Positions 1-14,878 of a stretch of DNA of 64,000 nt are shown one piece after another (the stretch's first letter is position 1; each line of letters begins with the position of its first letter). A program made the translations under genes and the position numbers. Under the pieces are notes generated by a model, which made no database searches, had not been told where the DNA came from, and saw nothing but the letters and a program-made list of their open reading frames with translations. This DNA is from Bugula neritina (Eukaryota; Animalia; Bryozoa), in contig OZ037768.1 in NCBI GenBank assembly GCA_964035545.1, positions 16,785,875 through 16,849,874 of the forward strand, given 5' to 3'.

Positions 1-25
1 ATTTTGTGATTTTTGAAACTTTTAG

Positions 26-1138
26 ACCACTTCTTTTTCAATCTGTGGAGAATATAGTGCAAAGTCATGCTGTCGGTGATGTGATTCCAATTAGTACAGT
101 TTTGCATTACTTGTTTGGGAGAGCACCCGAGGAATTAAGATCACCACATCAGGTATATTTAAATATACTTTTGATATGAATTTATTTATTTGAGTGGAAT
201 ATGTCTTAAAAAGTTTCAGAAATGTTTTATAAATATGCCAAACTAGCGTGATTCCTATACAGTATTTACAATATAAAACCCAAGGTGACAAAAACCACTA
301 TAAATATACATATTCTACGATGATTACTCTACTTCAAATCTTTTCAAATTATCTGCTAACCAGAATTTATATTACACATTTCTAATTTCAAGCTAATATT
401 CAAAATCATTGGCACCCATACAAGACCTTTTGAGACAAAGCAATACTTTCAACAACCTATGAAGAAGTCTTAAATATTCTAAAACTTGAAGCTGATTGCA
501 TTTTTCTTTTGCTGCGTCAACCCTGTAAGGCCTAGCCTAGTACGAGATCAAGTGAGATCCTTTGCTGTTGCTCTATGGTCTACGAACTACTAATTTTGCG
601 TATCATTGCAAAAAGATAATACTTTTAATAATAGTTGAATTATATCCAGCTTACCATTAAGTGAATATCCCTACATGCTCTCTCTCAAAACTACAAATGA
701 ATTTAGTTGGTTCATAACAGTTAGGATTTTGGATCTATTATGCAATATATGAATTTTACCATTAGACCCTTACCAAGGATATTGTAACAAGGATAATTAA
801 GACTTTTTATACATTATATAATTTTGTCTATGCTTGTAGGTAGCTAATTGGTCTCTTTCTCGATACACTCATTGGCTTGAAACTCACCCTTCAGAAACTG
901 ATAGACTTGTTCTTATAAAGTAAGTGCAACTATACTAATTGTTTTACAATTGTCCATCTTTTCTTGACTTGCACCATTAAAATACAAGTCTCCTTTATGA
1001 AATTATAAGTGTCAGTTTAATTGTTTTAGAGGAGCTTTAGAAGCATATGTCAAGTCAGTCAGTGCCAAAGGTGGCACAGAGTACAGTACTGTGTATCCAA
1101 TCATGTTGGAGCTCTTAAACAAAGGCTTGAAAGAATAG
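26..1138 (+). CDS. COG5: Conserved oligomeric Golgi complex subunit 5, last three coding exons (5'-partial)
   Basis: Exons 26-152, 840-919, 1030-1138 (GT-AG, frame-consistent) give ...PLLFQSVENIVQSHAVGDVIPISTVLHYLFGRAPEELRSPHQ/VANWSLSRYTHWLETHPSETDRLVLIK/GALEAYVKSVSAKGGTEYSTVYPIMLELLNKGLKE*. This closely matches the COG5 C-terminus as recalled (RPLLFQ..GDVIP..F.RAP.EL.SP..W...HPSE.DRL..I.GALEAYV.SV...VYPIM). Confidence 0.95.
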
Positions 1139-1324
1139 TGATAATCTTGTAGCAAGTCTTCATATTTATTTTTTTCTATCTTGAAACATAAATATCATTT
1201 TATTTATAACAAGTCTACTAATAAATTACAAATATCGTATCTCATTCATTTGTATTAAAATGATGTAAATATAAATATTGATAATTTAATAAATAGTAAA
1301 ATAAAAAGTTAGTGTTTGTATCAT

Positions 1325-4245
1325 TTATTCAGAAGAAAATATTTTGGACGCTATTTCATCAGTTGTACAGTCATCATCTTCTATGTGAAATTCTGTGGGC
1401 GCCATTTCAGAGTCATCTGCACCTGCTGTCTGGTCATCTTTGCCTTCACATGTATTGTCAGTTGTCTGGTCTAAATTTACTCTACCTGCAATCATATATG
1501 CAGACTGCAAATAGTAAATAACACATATTTGCAACTAGTGGAAAAAATCAACAGTAGTTGAAAATCAACTTATAAAAATACTGAATATTATTGAAATTGA
1601 ATTTAAATCAAACGATATAACACTATGACATAATACTCCAAAATTATTTTTATCTTCACTAAAACATTTTAATAACAATAATTGCAATAATATAGTAAAG
1701 AAATAAAAAGCCATTAAGTAGTCATACAAATAATACTGCAACGAAAACACACTTCTGTCCTAAAATAGAGATAATCTTCAAATTCATATCATCCCAGTTG
1801 TAATCGTTATATGTGCACGCGAAATAAAGGATTTAGTACATAATATTACCTTGCGCAGTCCAGACAGTGGGAACATTGGAAAAATTCACAGCATCATCAT
1901 TCACCAAAGTTGGATTTGCATGACCAAAAGATGGTTTTGGGTTATGCATAGTGGTCTGCCGGCAGCTTTTAGACAACACTTGTTGCTCAGTGTAAGACTT
2001 TAAATTAGTCCAAAACTCATCAGATGTGGCACTTGCAGAGATGGACATTTTTGGAGAATCAGCAGAAGAGCGAATATCTTCAATATCATTTAGGTAATGG
2101 CTACAGGCTGAAAAAGCGGAGTTTCGTTCAACAAGCTTCTTAATAGACTTCAATGTATTGTCACTCAGAGTCAGCAACTTTTCATTTAATAGAGTTCGCA
2201 CTGCTGCCAAGAAGGGTAACAAATGGTGAGCTAATACCTCATTCATTTGCACGCACATTGATACGATTTCCTCATCACAGTTTTTCAACTTATCTGGATG
2301 GGAAAGATGGAGCCACATTATTACAGTCCCGACTTGCATACAGGCCTTTGCTGACAGTTGCTCTTTCAAAACTACTGTAAGATTTTCAACTGACTCTGCC
2401 ACATCAGGGATTGATAGATATTTCAACACACTATTCAACAGAGTAGCTGACGTGTATGTTGTAGACTTATCACAACCATCTCCTGGACTGATACAAAGTA
2501 CATCCACAAGCTTCTGGGCAAACCATTGGATATTCAGCTCTGATAACTTGCACGATGTGATAATGTCCATAGTTTGTTTCTGGAACAATGCCGTGTTTTC
2601 GATAGGTCTTGTTATTTTTGTACAGAGCTCACATATAGCTTCAATGTTAGATGGTGTGGTAAGTTTAATGATTAAAGCCATAGCTTTTTCTGAATTTGTT
2701 AAATCGGACAATTTTAAAGCCGACATGATAAGATCCCGATTTGATTTCACCAGACCTTTATCATATTTCAACAATTCAGTCAGTATGCACAAACCAGTGT
2801 GAGTGTAGTTAGCTAAAGCCGACTTTAATAGGTTGGCAGCATACTTCGCAATTCTAGAAAAATGTCGGTTATCAGTTGACATTCTTGGTATAACTTTAAA
2901 GCATTCCGAAACAACAAAAACGGCAGGCAATGTGTTTACTGTTTCATACTTCTCTACAACAGCCAGCAATGCTAGCTGAACTTTTTGCTTAGTGTCAGCT
3001 TTCTCCGTATCCAATTTGCAAAGCAGTCGAACTAATTTGCTGATTATGTGAGGGCCACATACACCACCTCTGACAAAACCTAAAAAGAAGCAAATTTTTA
3101 AACAAACTAATAGCCCATTACTTCAGAGCACATGGTTGAACGTTTTTACTATGCAAACTTTGGTCGCAGAAAGACAACATGTGATCAAATATTCAAAACT
3201 CTGTTTATTGCTTATAATATTGCCAATTATTCAACATATATTTTTTGTCTTGGTATCCTACAATTTGGTAATGGGGCCCGTTATTTGGCTATGACAAATA
3301 CAGACAAACCTTTAGGCAAATTTCCATTGACTACTTGACTTAGAATGAAAATGAATGGCTTCAGCAGATTTGATGAGTTTTTGATACAGCTGGAAGGAAG
3401 ATTGTCGTAAACTTGTAGACTAGCCATCATCACCCCTGGATCTTTGTCGAGTAAAGACGCCTACAAGACAAAGTGCTCACTTAAAGTTCAGCAAAATAAG
3501 TGAAATGAATATAAAGTCATAAACTAATAAAGAGCAGTATATATGTTTATATAACTTAGTTTTTCAATAGAAAACATAAGTTGATTTAATTTATATAACT
3601 TACCCTTAAATATGATAGTTTCTCTTCAACATGCTGAGAGCTATCGGAAATAAGTTTGTAATAAACAAGAACTGATTTTCTTCTTACAAACTTGTCTGAA
3701 CTTTTCAAGTTTTCAATAACAGCATTCTCAATGAGTGTAAGCTGTTGCCGGGAGAGAGTAGAAGCGATTGTCATAAGTGCCATACACTTTTCGGCAGCTG
3801 ATACCAGGCTTAAAGGCTGGACTAAACAGTGCTGTAATGTTGACACCATGAGAAGAGACAACTCAGATTGCGGCGTAACTAACTGCTGACAAGCATTAAA
3901 GCTGATGACTTTCGAATGCCATGCCGACTTTGTATTACAAGCCAAGGATATGGCATGAAATCCTGCAAATGCTACGTCTTCACCAAGTGCCTTACAAATA
4001 AGGCATCTTTCAAGAATCTCACATTTCTGTACTTCTGTAGTTTCAGCATTTGACAGTCGCCATTTCAAGTATTTAACATGATTAGCCACAAACACAGATC
4101 TTTCATGATCTGATTGGCATCTTTTAAACCCTTGAAAAAACGCATATGTTGTGGGAAATTCATCAGCTTCAGGTGCAGAAGAGTTCATAGTTGAAGAGGA
4201 GAGATGTGCAACTATGTTATCGAGATAAGATATCAGCTTACTCAT
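1325..4245 (-). CDS. AP4E1: AP-4 complex subunit epsilon-like adaptin, ~727 aa, divergent, no appendage (ear) domain
   Basis: Coding exons 4245-3604, 3460-3310, 3079-1850, 1485-1325 (2184 nt, in frame). Adaptin-N motifs LGEDVAFAGFHAISLA, ELSLLMVSTL, CMALMTI, FVRRKSVLVYYKL, LLDKDPGVMMASL and ILSQVVNGNLP align to recalled AP4E1 (LGYDASFGYIHAIKLA, IVRRKAVLALYKF, LCDRDVGVMAASL, ILKQVVGGKLP). VWTAQG resembles the hinge WGKEG motif. An acceptor at 4281-4282 implies an upstream 5'-UTR exon. Confidence 0.8.
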
Positions 4246-5239
4246 GCTTCAGTTCAACTTGCTTGCATCAACTTGTGAACCTGTTAAAAAAATTAAAATT
4301 GCAATAAAGAATAAAACAAATGAATAAGAGCAATTTCCTTAATCAAGTTAAATTTGTCTGCATAACATTACTGGTAAAAGCTCAATATTTGCCATTGCTT
4401 ATGCCGGAAATTTTTTTCTAAAAAGTGTAATAAAAACAGCTACAAAAAAGGGTTCATTTTACAAAACATAAAACTTAAATTGTACTAATGTCATTGTTAT
4501 AAAAATAATTACTAATAACTAATACAGCATTCTACAAAGAACTCTCTCGAACAGAAAACTTTTTTACTTGCAATTTAAATTTAAAACTTAAAATGCAAAT
4601 ATTAAAGCAAAATTTAAATATCAACAGCATTGCATCAGTATATGCATGTACTGGTACTCACAAAACCAAAACCAAAAATTAAATAAAAAACACAAATTTA
4701 TCAATCATATCAAACAAATTATTTTTAAATAATTTTTTTTATTTTAAATCATCAAGAAATCTATTATCAATTTATTTTTATTTCAAAATTAACAAACCAA
4801 AATGGAAGCTACAAAACAGTTAGTGTTACCAGTAGTCTATTACTATAACTAACTCAAACAACTAAATCTATATAATAAAAATAATAAAATATACTAGATT
4901 ACTGCTCAGTCTGTCGATTTCATATTTTGTAATAATATAAAATAATACGTCATTAAATAGGCAGTGGAATTAAATTTAAATTACACTTTTATAATTAAAA
5001 ACTGTATTAGTGTACTTTATACAAATTTAATAAAAGCAAAAACTATGTTATTACGAATCATAATAAAAGTGTAGTGTGAGAGTATGACAATAAATAAGTT
5101 TGAACAAAGCTCTATAGAAATTTTAATTTAACAATTTTAAAAACCTAAATAATATCTAACAAAGATAATCTAATAACAATGAAGTGACAATTGAATGGAG
5201 CAAAAATCATTTTACTAACTATTAGGAATATTCCAAACT

Positions 5240-6260
5240 ACTTAGCAGTAGTAGGCTTTTGTCAGTTGGTCCGACCATAGATTACACCTCATGATTGGGT
5301 TGAATAACGGCGCCTGTAACCGTGTAGGCTGTAGACAAATGCATGAGTAGCAGTTCTTGTTGCAAAGGTCACATTTGCGTAGACACTGGTCTGTTGGTGG
5401 TGATATGAGCCTACATGTGTGCCCTCTTTTCAGCAGCTGCACTGAGAAGTTTTTCTTTTGATGTAATATGCTGTTTCAGCTTGCTCCTCCAACTTGAGTG
5501 ATCAAAAACAAGGTGCTCCAAGGATGATTATGTCTCTCTTGCAGACATCTTTGTAGGGCAGCCAAAGTCGTCCACAACTTCGGCTCCCACTGGTTAATTC
5601 ACCATAAAGAACGTCCTTGGGATGCGTCCTTTGTCCATGGGTCATACATGATCAAGCCAGCGCAGCCTGCATTGTCTAAGCAGGATAAATACGCTTGAAC
5701 AGCTAGCTTAAGAAAGGACTTCTGCATTGGTCACTCAGTCTTGCCATGTGATCTCTAGGATGTGGTGAATGTTACGCAGGTAGAAAGTATTTAGCTTCCT
5801 CTCTTGCCATACAACAAAGTGCTAACGACACAAGCGTTATACACTGCCATCTTTGCGGACACAGTCAGCTTGGTGCTTGCTCCAGCGCAGTTTGTAGGAC
5901 GGGCCAGGGTTGTTGCTGCCTTTCCAATCTTCTTGCTTATTTCACAGTCAAGAGAGAAGTTTTCGATGATAGTGGGCCTGAGTTAAGTGAGCTCCTTGGC
6001 AACATCTAGGTTGTAACTGTCTAATACAATAGCTGATGATGCCAGTGTGTTTTGTTCTTGACTATGGTCTTTTTCAAGGCAATTGTCAGCCCAAAGGTTT
6101 TGCAAGCCTGTGAGAAGTTGTTAATGAGTGTCTGCAATCTCTGCTGTGTGTGGAATACAATAGCAGCATCATCAGCACACATCTTATCTCAAACTTTTGT
6201 TTTGGCTTTGAGACGAGTGAGATTAAAAAGTTTACCATCATATCTAGTTCGTAAGTAAAT
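5240..6260 (-). mobile_element. 5'-truncated, decayed RTE-clade non-LTR retrotransposon (RT C-terminal half plus Cys-rich tail)
   Basis: Minus-strand translation IYLRTRYDGKLFNLTRLKAKTKV*DKMCADDAAIVFHTQQRLQTLINNFSQACKTFGLTIALKKT (RT xADD motif), then LRWLDHV, GRIP, YKDVCKRD and CDLCNKNC. Stops and frameshifts are present, and the 3' end carries a short (CTA)n tail. Confidence 0.88.
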
Positions 6261-7188
6261 AACTAAGAATTTTTATTTATCATTTAATTAAAGGAGTATC
6301 AGTAAGAGTATTTTAAGTTTCCATACACTAACAATGCAAGATAAATTTAGTCAAAGTAATAGTCCTCATTATTATGGATATAGTCATGACCATTACCATG
6401 GACTGAAAACTGGTAACGCACTTCAAACTTTATAAAAAAATGACAAAATTAATGAATGAATCTAATTATTAATAAACATGATGATAATACTTTTAGGAAG
6501 TTTTCATAAGCAATAAAAGTTAAACAATTTATTAGTTTTCAATCCACAGTTGTAGTTATTTTTCAGAACAAGATGTTTTTGGGTTGAAACTTGAATAGGC
6601 TACTTGAAAAATCAAAGACTGTGAGTGTGACATTACCACCTAAATTTACTAATTATAATCATAATGATAAAGATACTGTAGATCCAAATAAATATTATCA
6701 GTAAACTATCAATGCTATCAACCATCAAGTATTAGATAATGAAGTATCATTATGATTATGATAATTTAAGAATAAGTGATCACTGATCACTGATCAGAGT
6801 TTCAATTTTACTAGTAGTCATTAGTCTTAGATTTAGTGACTGAGAGCGTGACTGTAATTTCATCAGTTTAAGTTTATCATTATGATTATTATTATAATTA
6901 TTAATGATATTAATATTATATTTATCATTATTAATAATCAATTATCATTATCAATATCATTATGATTATGATATAGATTATTATTAATATTATCATTATC
7001 ATTATGATATAAATATATGATATAAATATTTAAATAAATTTATAATCATAATGATGAAGTGATAATGATTAACTGCAACTGAGTCTTGATCAGGGTTCAT
7101 GTTTGTTGACTCACTTGGGGTTTATCAAAGTGATGAAAACCAATCCGTTTTTACAGACCCGTAAGTCTTAGTCTAAGATGCTCTTACC

Positions 7189-9884
<2,696 letters not shown>

Positions 9885-10103
9885 CTCTTACCACAATTTG
9901 CAAGCCAAGCCTTCAACACATGAAAATAAACGTAGTGGTAGTGGTAGTAAAACAGTTATCTTACCATTTTATAAAAATATAATGAGATGATAACTTCTAA
10001 GTTTTTGGTTTTAACGTCACATCCGTTCTTGTCTAAAACATTGACAAACTAATATAGTAATTTTATTTCAACTTTTACATTAAAATTAAATTAAAATATT
10101 GAT

Positions 10104-10832
10104 ATCTTTGAAGACACAAAAATCTCTACAGCGCTAGGTATGCAAGAGAATTGCGTTAAATGATCAGTAAAGTAATTAAGTTGTGTGACCATAGAAGTTT
10201 CAGCTCTACTGTTAAAACTGAGCGTCGTACTACTAGTACTAGTACTACTACTACTAGTACTACTAGTACTAGTGTAGTACTACTACTACTAGCCTGAGTA
10301 CTACTACTAGTACTACTACTAGTAGTACTCAATTAGTAGTACTAGTAGTAGTATTACTACTAGTACTACTAATTGAGTACTACTAGTAGTAGTACTAGTA
10401 GTAGTACTAGTAGTGTAGTACAATCCGTGACCTTAAAGTTAAAGGGAACAATCCTTGCAAGACTAATTTACACACAGAATAATCTAAACATTGACAGGTT
10501 AACTTACCTGTACTATTAAACAATATTGCAACACACACTGCAACCAATTTATAGACTATTGTATGCATTTTACTTTCTGACCAACCGTAAACATATGAGG
10601 CATGCCGCTTCTGCTACCTAGTGGTCTAGCATGATCGTAATCTGGAGGTAACTACTACTAGTAGTAGTACTCAGTCTAGTAGTAGTAGTACTAGTAGTAG
10701 TAGTGGTACGACGCTAAGTTTTAACAGTAGAGCTGGGACTTCTATGATCACACAACTTAATTACTTTACTGATCATTTAACGCAATTCACTTGCATACCT
10801 AGCGCTGTAGAGATTTTTGTGTCTTCAAAGAT
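10104..10832. repeat. Inverted duplication with 127-bp unique arms (extended by TAC/TAG repeats) flanking a unique loop
   Basis: 10104-10230 is the reverse complement of 10706-10832 with 5 mismatches by manual alignment; similarity continues into the (TAC)n/CTGAGTAC segments. No TSD seen. Confidence 0.93.
10420..10650. promoter_or_regulatory. Putative bidirectional promoter and first non-coding exons of AP4E1-like (-) and the zinc-finger gene (+)
   Basis: Short unique, normal-complexity island enclosed by low-complexity DNA between two divergent genes that both have a splice acceptor just upstream of their ATG. It contains a minus-strand donor CAG|GTAAGT (exon end 10508) and a plus-strand donor GAG|GTAACT (exon end 10647). 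Confidence 0.5.
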
Positions 10833-11171
10833 TACTACTACTAGTACTAACTACTAGTACTAACTACTAGTACTACTACTAGTACTAGTAGTAGTAGTAC
10901 TGGTGGTACTACTTCAACTTGAACATGAGTACTTGTTACTTGTTAGTGGTTACTAAGTGTAGCTGGTATTAGTTATAGTTATACTATTAGTATTACTATT
11001 AGTAATACTCTTAGTATTACTATTAGTAACTACTACTAGTACTACTACTACTACTAGTAGTAGTAGACTAGTAGTACTAGTAGTACTTAATACTTATAAT
11101 AATAATTATACTAACCCTAAGTCTAAGACTCGTACTACTATTAGTATTAGTATTACTACTATGTCTATTGC

Positions 11172-11494
11172 ACTACAACTTGAGCTACAAGTACAACTAC
11201 AAGGTCAAGTATACTGTATAGTGTATAGTCTTATAGCCTATAGCTTATACTTATAGGTATTACATTTACTTATTTAGTTATTACTATGTCTATTGCCATT
11301 GGAGTATTATTATTATACTTACAGTTAGAGTTAGTGTTACTCTTAGTAAGAGTAGCACTAACTCTAGCTGTAAGTATAATAATATTACTTCAAAAGACAT
11401 AGTAATACTAATAACTAATTAATAATTATAAGTAAATGTAATATCTATAGGCTATACTTGACCTTGTAGTTGTACTTGTAGCACAAGTTGTAGT
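11172..11494. repeat. ~320-bp imperfect palindrome centred at 11346
   Basis: ACTACAACTTGAGCTACAAGTACAACTACAAGGTCAAGTATA pairs with TATACTTGACCTTGTAGTTGTACTTGTAGCACAAGTTGTAGT; inner arms TATACTTACAGTTAGAGTTAGTG/CACTAACTCTAGCTGTAAGTATA; centre TACTCTTA-G-TAAGAGTA. Confidence 0.9.
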
Positions 11495-12642
11495 ACAGTA
11501 GTAGTACTATTACTAATACTACTGGTACTAGTAGTATTACTACTAGTAGTTGTCCTTAGGTTTGGGCCTTGTACTTGTAGATGTAGATGTAAATACCTGC
11601 CCTCGGTCTTATAGTTGTACTTCTACTGAAAGTTGAAGTTATACTTGAAGTTCACACTAGACTAGTTTCACTTTTTAAACTTTAAGTTAAAGTTAATCAC
11701 TATGAGTATGAATATTCTCTCAGTATCAGTTAAACTGAAAATTAATCATTATAAGTTCATCATCATTAGGATTATGTGAAACTGAATCTTCAAATATTAA
11801 AAATAGATATCATAATCAATGTTAATTCATCATAATGACAAGCCTAAAGTGTTCATTATGATCATCATTATCATTATGATAATAATAATCACAATTTTAT
11901 TGATTATAACTTATGACTATGATTATCATAAAGATAATCCTAATCATAATGATTATTTTGTTGTAATTGGGTACTATTATGTTCAACCTTTTTTTTATCA
12001 AATTTAATAAATATTTTAAATTAACCTATAGTAAAGACAAATGTAGTGATTATTTCATTAATTATATCGAGTTTGTTATTTACTTCTTTATGAAATATTG
12101 ATAATAAAATAAAAATCAGTAATAAAACCATTATAATACTAATTATAATGATACTATTACTTTTTTTACAAATAACTATTAGTAATACTATTACTTTTAG
12201 TAGCCTATTAATAGTATTTCCAAGACCGGTGTGCTGTCTACTAAATATGTAAAACTGTTATTAGAACCGCCTCTTGTGTAAATCATATAGTAATGTTTAT
12301 ATGTTCACATTTTTAGACTGGGTTGCTAATTCAACACTGCTGGTATATTTGTAAGTGGTCGATATCTGGGATGATGCTAGTGGCATAAGTCATTTACCTT
12401 GTATACTGTCATCAGAATGGAAAGATAGTTATTAATAAAATTGATCATGTTATCGATCACTAAAACTGCATCTGTGAAAATAAAAGCAGACTACCTTCAG
12501 TGATAAAAATAGCGTCATTGGTTTGGGCTTGTTGCGTTACAGTATCTGAAGCATGTCAGTGTCACTGATATGTTTTAAATACAAGAAAAAGGTTGGAATG
12601 CTACTATTTCATTTTGTTTTTATAGGCCTATTAGAAGAAAAA

Positions 12643-14878
12643 ATGGCAACTGAAGAAGGCGATCTTTCTGATTTTGATATTCATCGAATTATGGAGGCTT
12701 TATCTTCTCGCCAATCAAAATGTGTAGCTTCTTGTGTGTTGAGCATAAAAATATTGTTGGCTGAAATACAACATCAGTTGCTCGAACTTATGGTTGAAGG
12801 CGGCATAACCGACAAAGCAACATCGCCTTCAAACAGTCCCACTGTTGATGATGTAATCCTTGACTACAAGACTATAGATCAGCTGTTGGAGGTAGTACAT
12901 TTATTCTAATATCTATTGCATTAATCTGTTATTAAACTGTTATAAATAATTTTGAATTTCTACTGCATAATTTTGTTGAAAGTTTTTGATCCATTCTTTA
13001 ATAAGATTTACTTGTCTTGCATTTTGTCTATTCAAGGAAATGAGGATTTTTGTTTAATATTTACATTGGTTGTACGTTTTCCATCAGGCTGAAGCAAAGC
13101 TTGAAGTTGATGAGGAAGATAGTTCCAGCTGCATACAGGATGCTGTAGTTACTGGAGCGACTGTACCAATAACAGGATCTCGAATCAAGTCCCCAAATCC
13201 TTACCCCTGTCCAGAATGCAAGCTTTTATTTTCTACTAAAAAGGCCCTTAGTAGGCACATTGTCGTTCATGACAGCTGTAAGGGAGAAAAGCTAGATTTA
13301 AATGAGTCCACTAATGATATAGTTGACAATGTAGAGCAAGGTGTCAACAGTGAAAATGAATTGAAGTCCGAGTCAACAGATAGTAGTACTGCCAAAACCA
13401 ATCCATTGCGAATAAAGCTCGTATTATCAAAATCGAGCCCAAGAGTGGCCTGTCAGATATGCGGTGTTGAAACTTTAAAGCAGCATATGCCTCGGCACAT
13501 GCGTAAACACACAGGTGTGAAGCCGTTTACCTGTGGTGAGTGTGGCACATCGTTTTCTAGGAAAGATAAACTGAAAGAACATATAAGAAAGCATCAGCCT
13601 GATTATAAAACTGCTCCAGCATCTAAGGATAAGAGAGTCAATGAGACTAAGGTACTGAAATGCCGAAAGTGTGACTTCTCAACTGAAGATAAAGAGGCAA
13701 TGAAAAAGCACCGCAAAACTCATCCAACAAAAAAGACCTTCAGGTAAAAAATTGAACTCTGCTCATTTTCATTTTATTCATACTCAATGGGTTTTTGTAG
13801 AAAAATTTATGCAGTATTTAGAGGTTGCAGTTGTATTTGTTCGTTGCTTCTGCATTATTCATTAACAAATGCAGTTTAATGTCTAAACCTACTGAATAGA
13901 GAATCGCTGAAACTTGATTCAATTATTGACTCATAATCGATATTATGGATTTGTCATGTTTCAGATGTGAGGAATGTGATAGGGAATTCAACTGCTCCAG
14001 TCACTTTGAACAGCACAATATTAAACATCGCAATGAAAAGCCGTACATGTGTGATATGTGTGGCGTATCGTTTTCAAGAGAACCTAATTTAGCTCGACAC
14101 ATACGCTCTCACGTTACTCCAGCCCCCTACCAGTAAGTTTCAATTACTTAATAAACCCTAAGCCAGTTTTCTAATTATTTTTTCATAAATTGTATTCATT
14201 TTTCACACTAATTGGAATTTTTCAGCTCTTTGCATACCAATATACTTTGAGCCTATTTATAGAATACTTGAACCTTTATATGGAGTTTATTACTTTACTC
14301 ATTTTAGTTGTAAGTTCTGCAACAAGCCATATCACAGAAACAATGAGCTGATTGTACATGAACGTACGCACACTGGTGAGAAACCTTATATCTGTGAAGT
14401 GTGTGGGAATGGTTACGCCTCCACTAAGTACCTCAAGCGTCACTTATTCACACACACTGGTCTCAAACCTCACAAGTGTGACTTGTGTGATCGTGCATTT
14501 GCAAGACCTGAAAATATGAAGGCTCACCGAAAGCTTCATGAGAAACCATCTAATCGTTTGTCTTTAACTCAAGATGCAGTTGCATCCGCCTTTCGATCCG
14601 TCTCTCAAATGGACACCCAAAATTCTGATGATGTCATAGATGCTATAACGTCCACCCAAGTACAATCAAGCATGTACCAGTTTTCTACTGCCTCAAGCGC
14701 AACTACTGCAACACCCACTTCAACTCTTAGTGCAACAGACAAAACTCAGGCATTAGATAGTGATGTTGAGGAGTACCAGTTTAAATCTGACTCCTCACAC
14801 CCCTCAACTATAGCAGTTTCCCGTGATACGTTGACTTGTGACAATAACACAACTCCTTCCTTAATAGATTCATTTTAA
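12643..14878 (+). CDS. C2H2 zinc-finger protein, ~547 aa, 9 fingers
   Basis: Exons 12643-12891, 13088-13743, 13965-14132, 14308-14878 (1644 nt, in frame); nine CxxC..H..H units with TGVKPF/TGEKPY/TGLKPH linkers; S/T-rich C-terminus. Possible small UTR exon 12317-12350. Confidence 0.92.
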
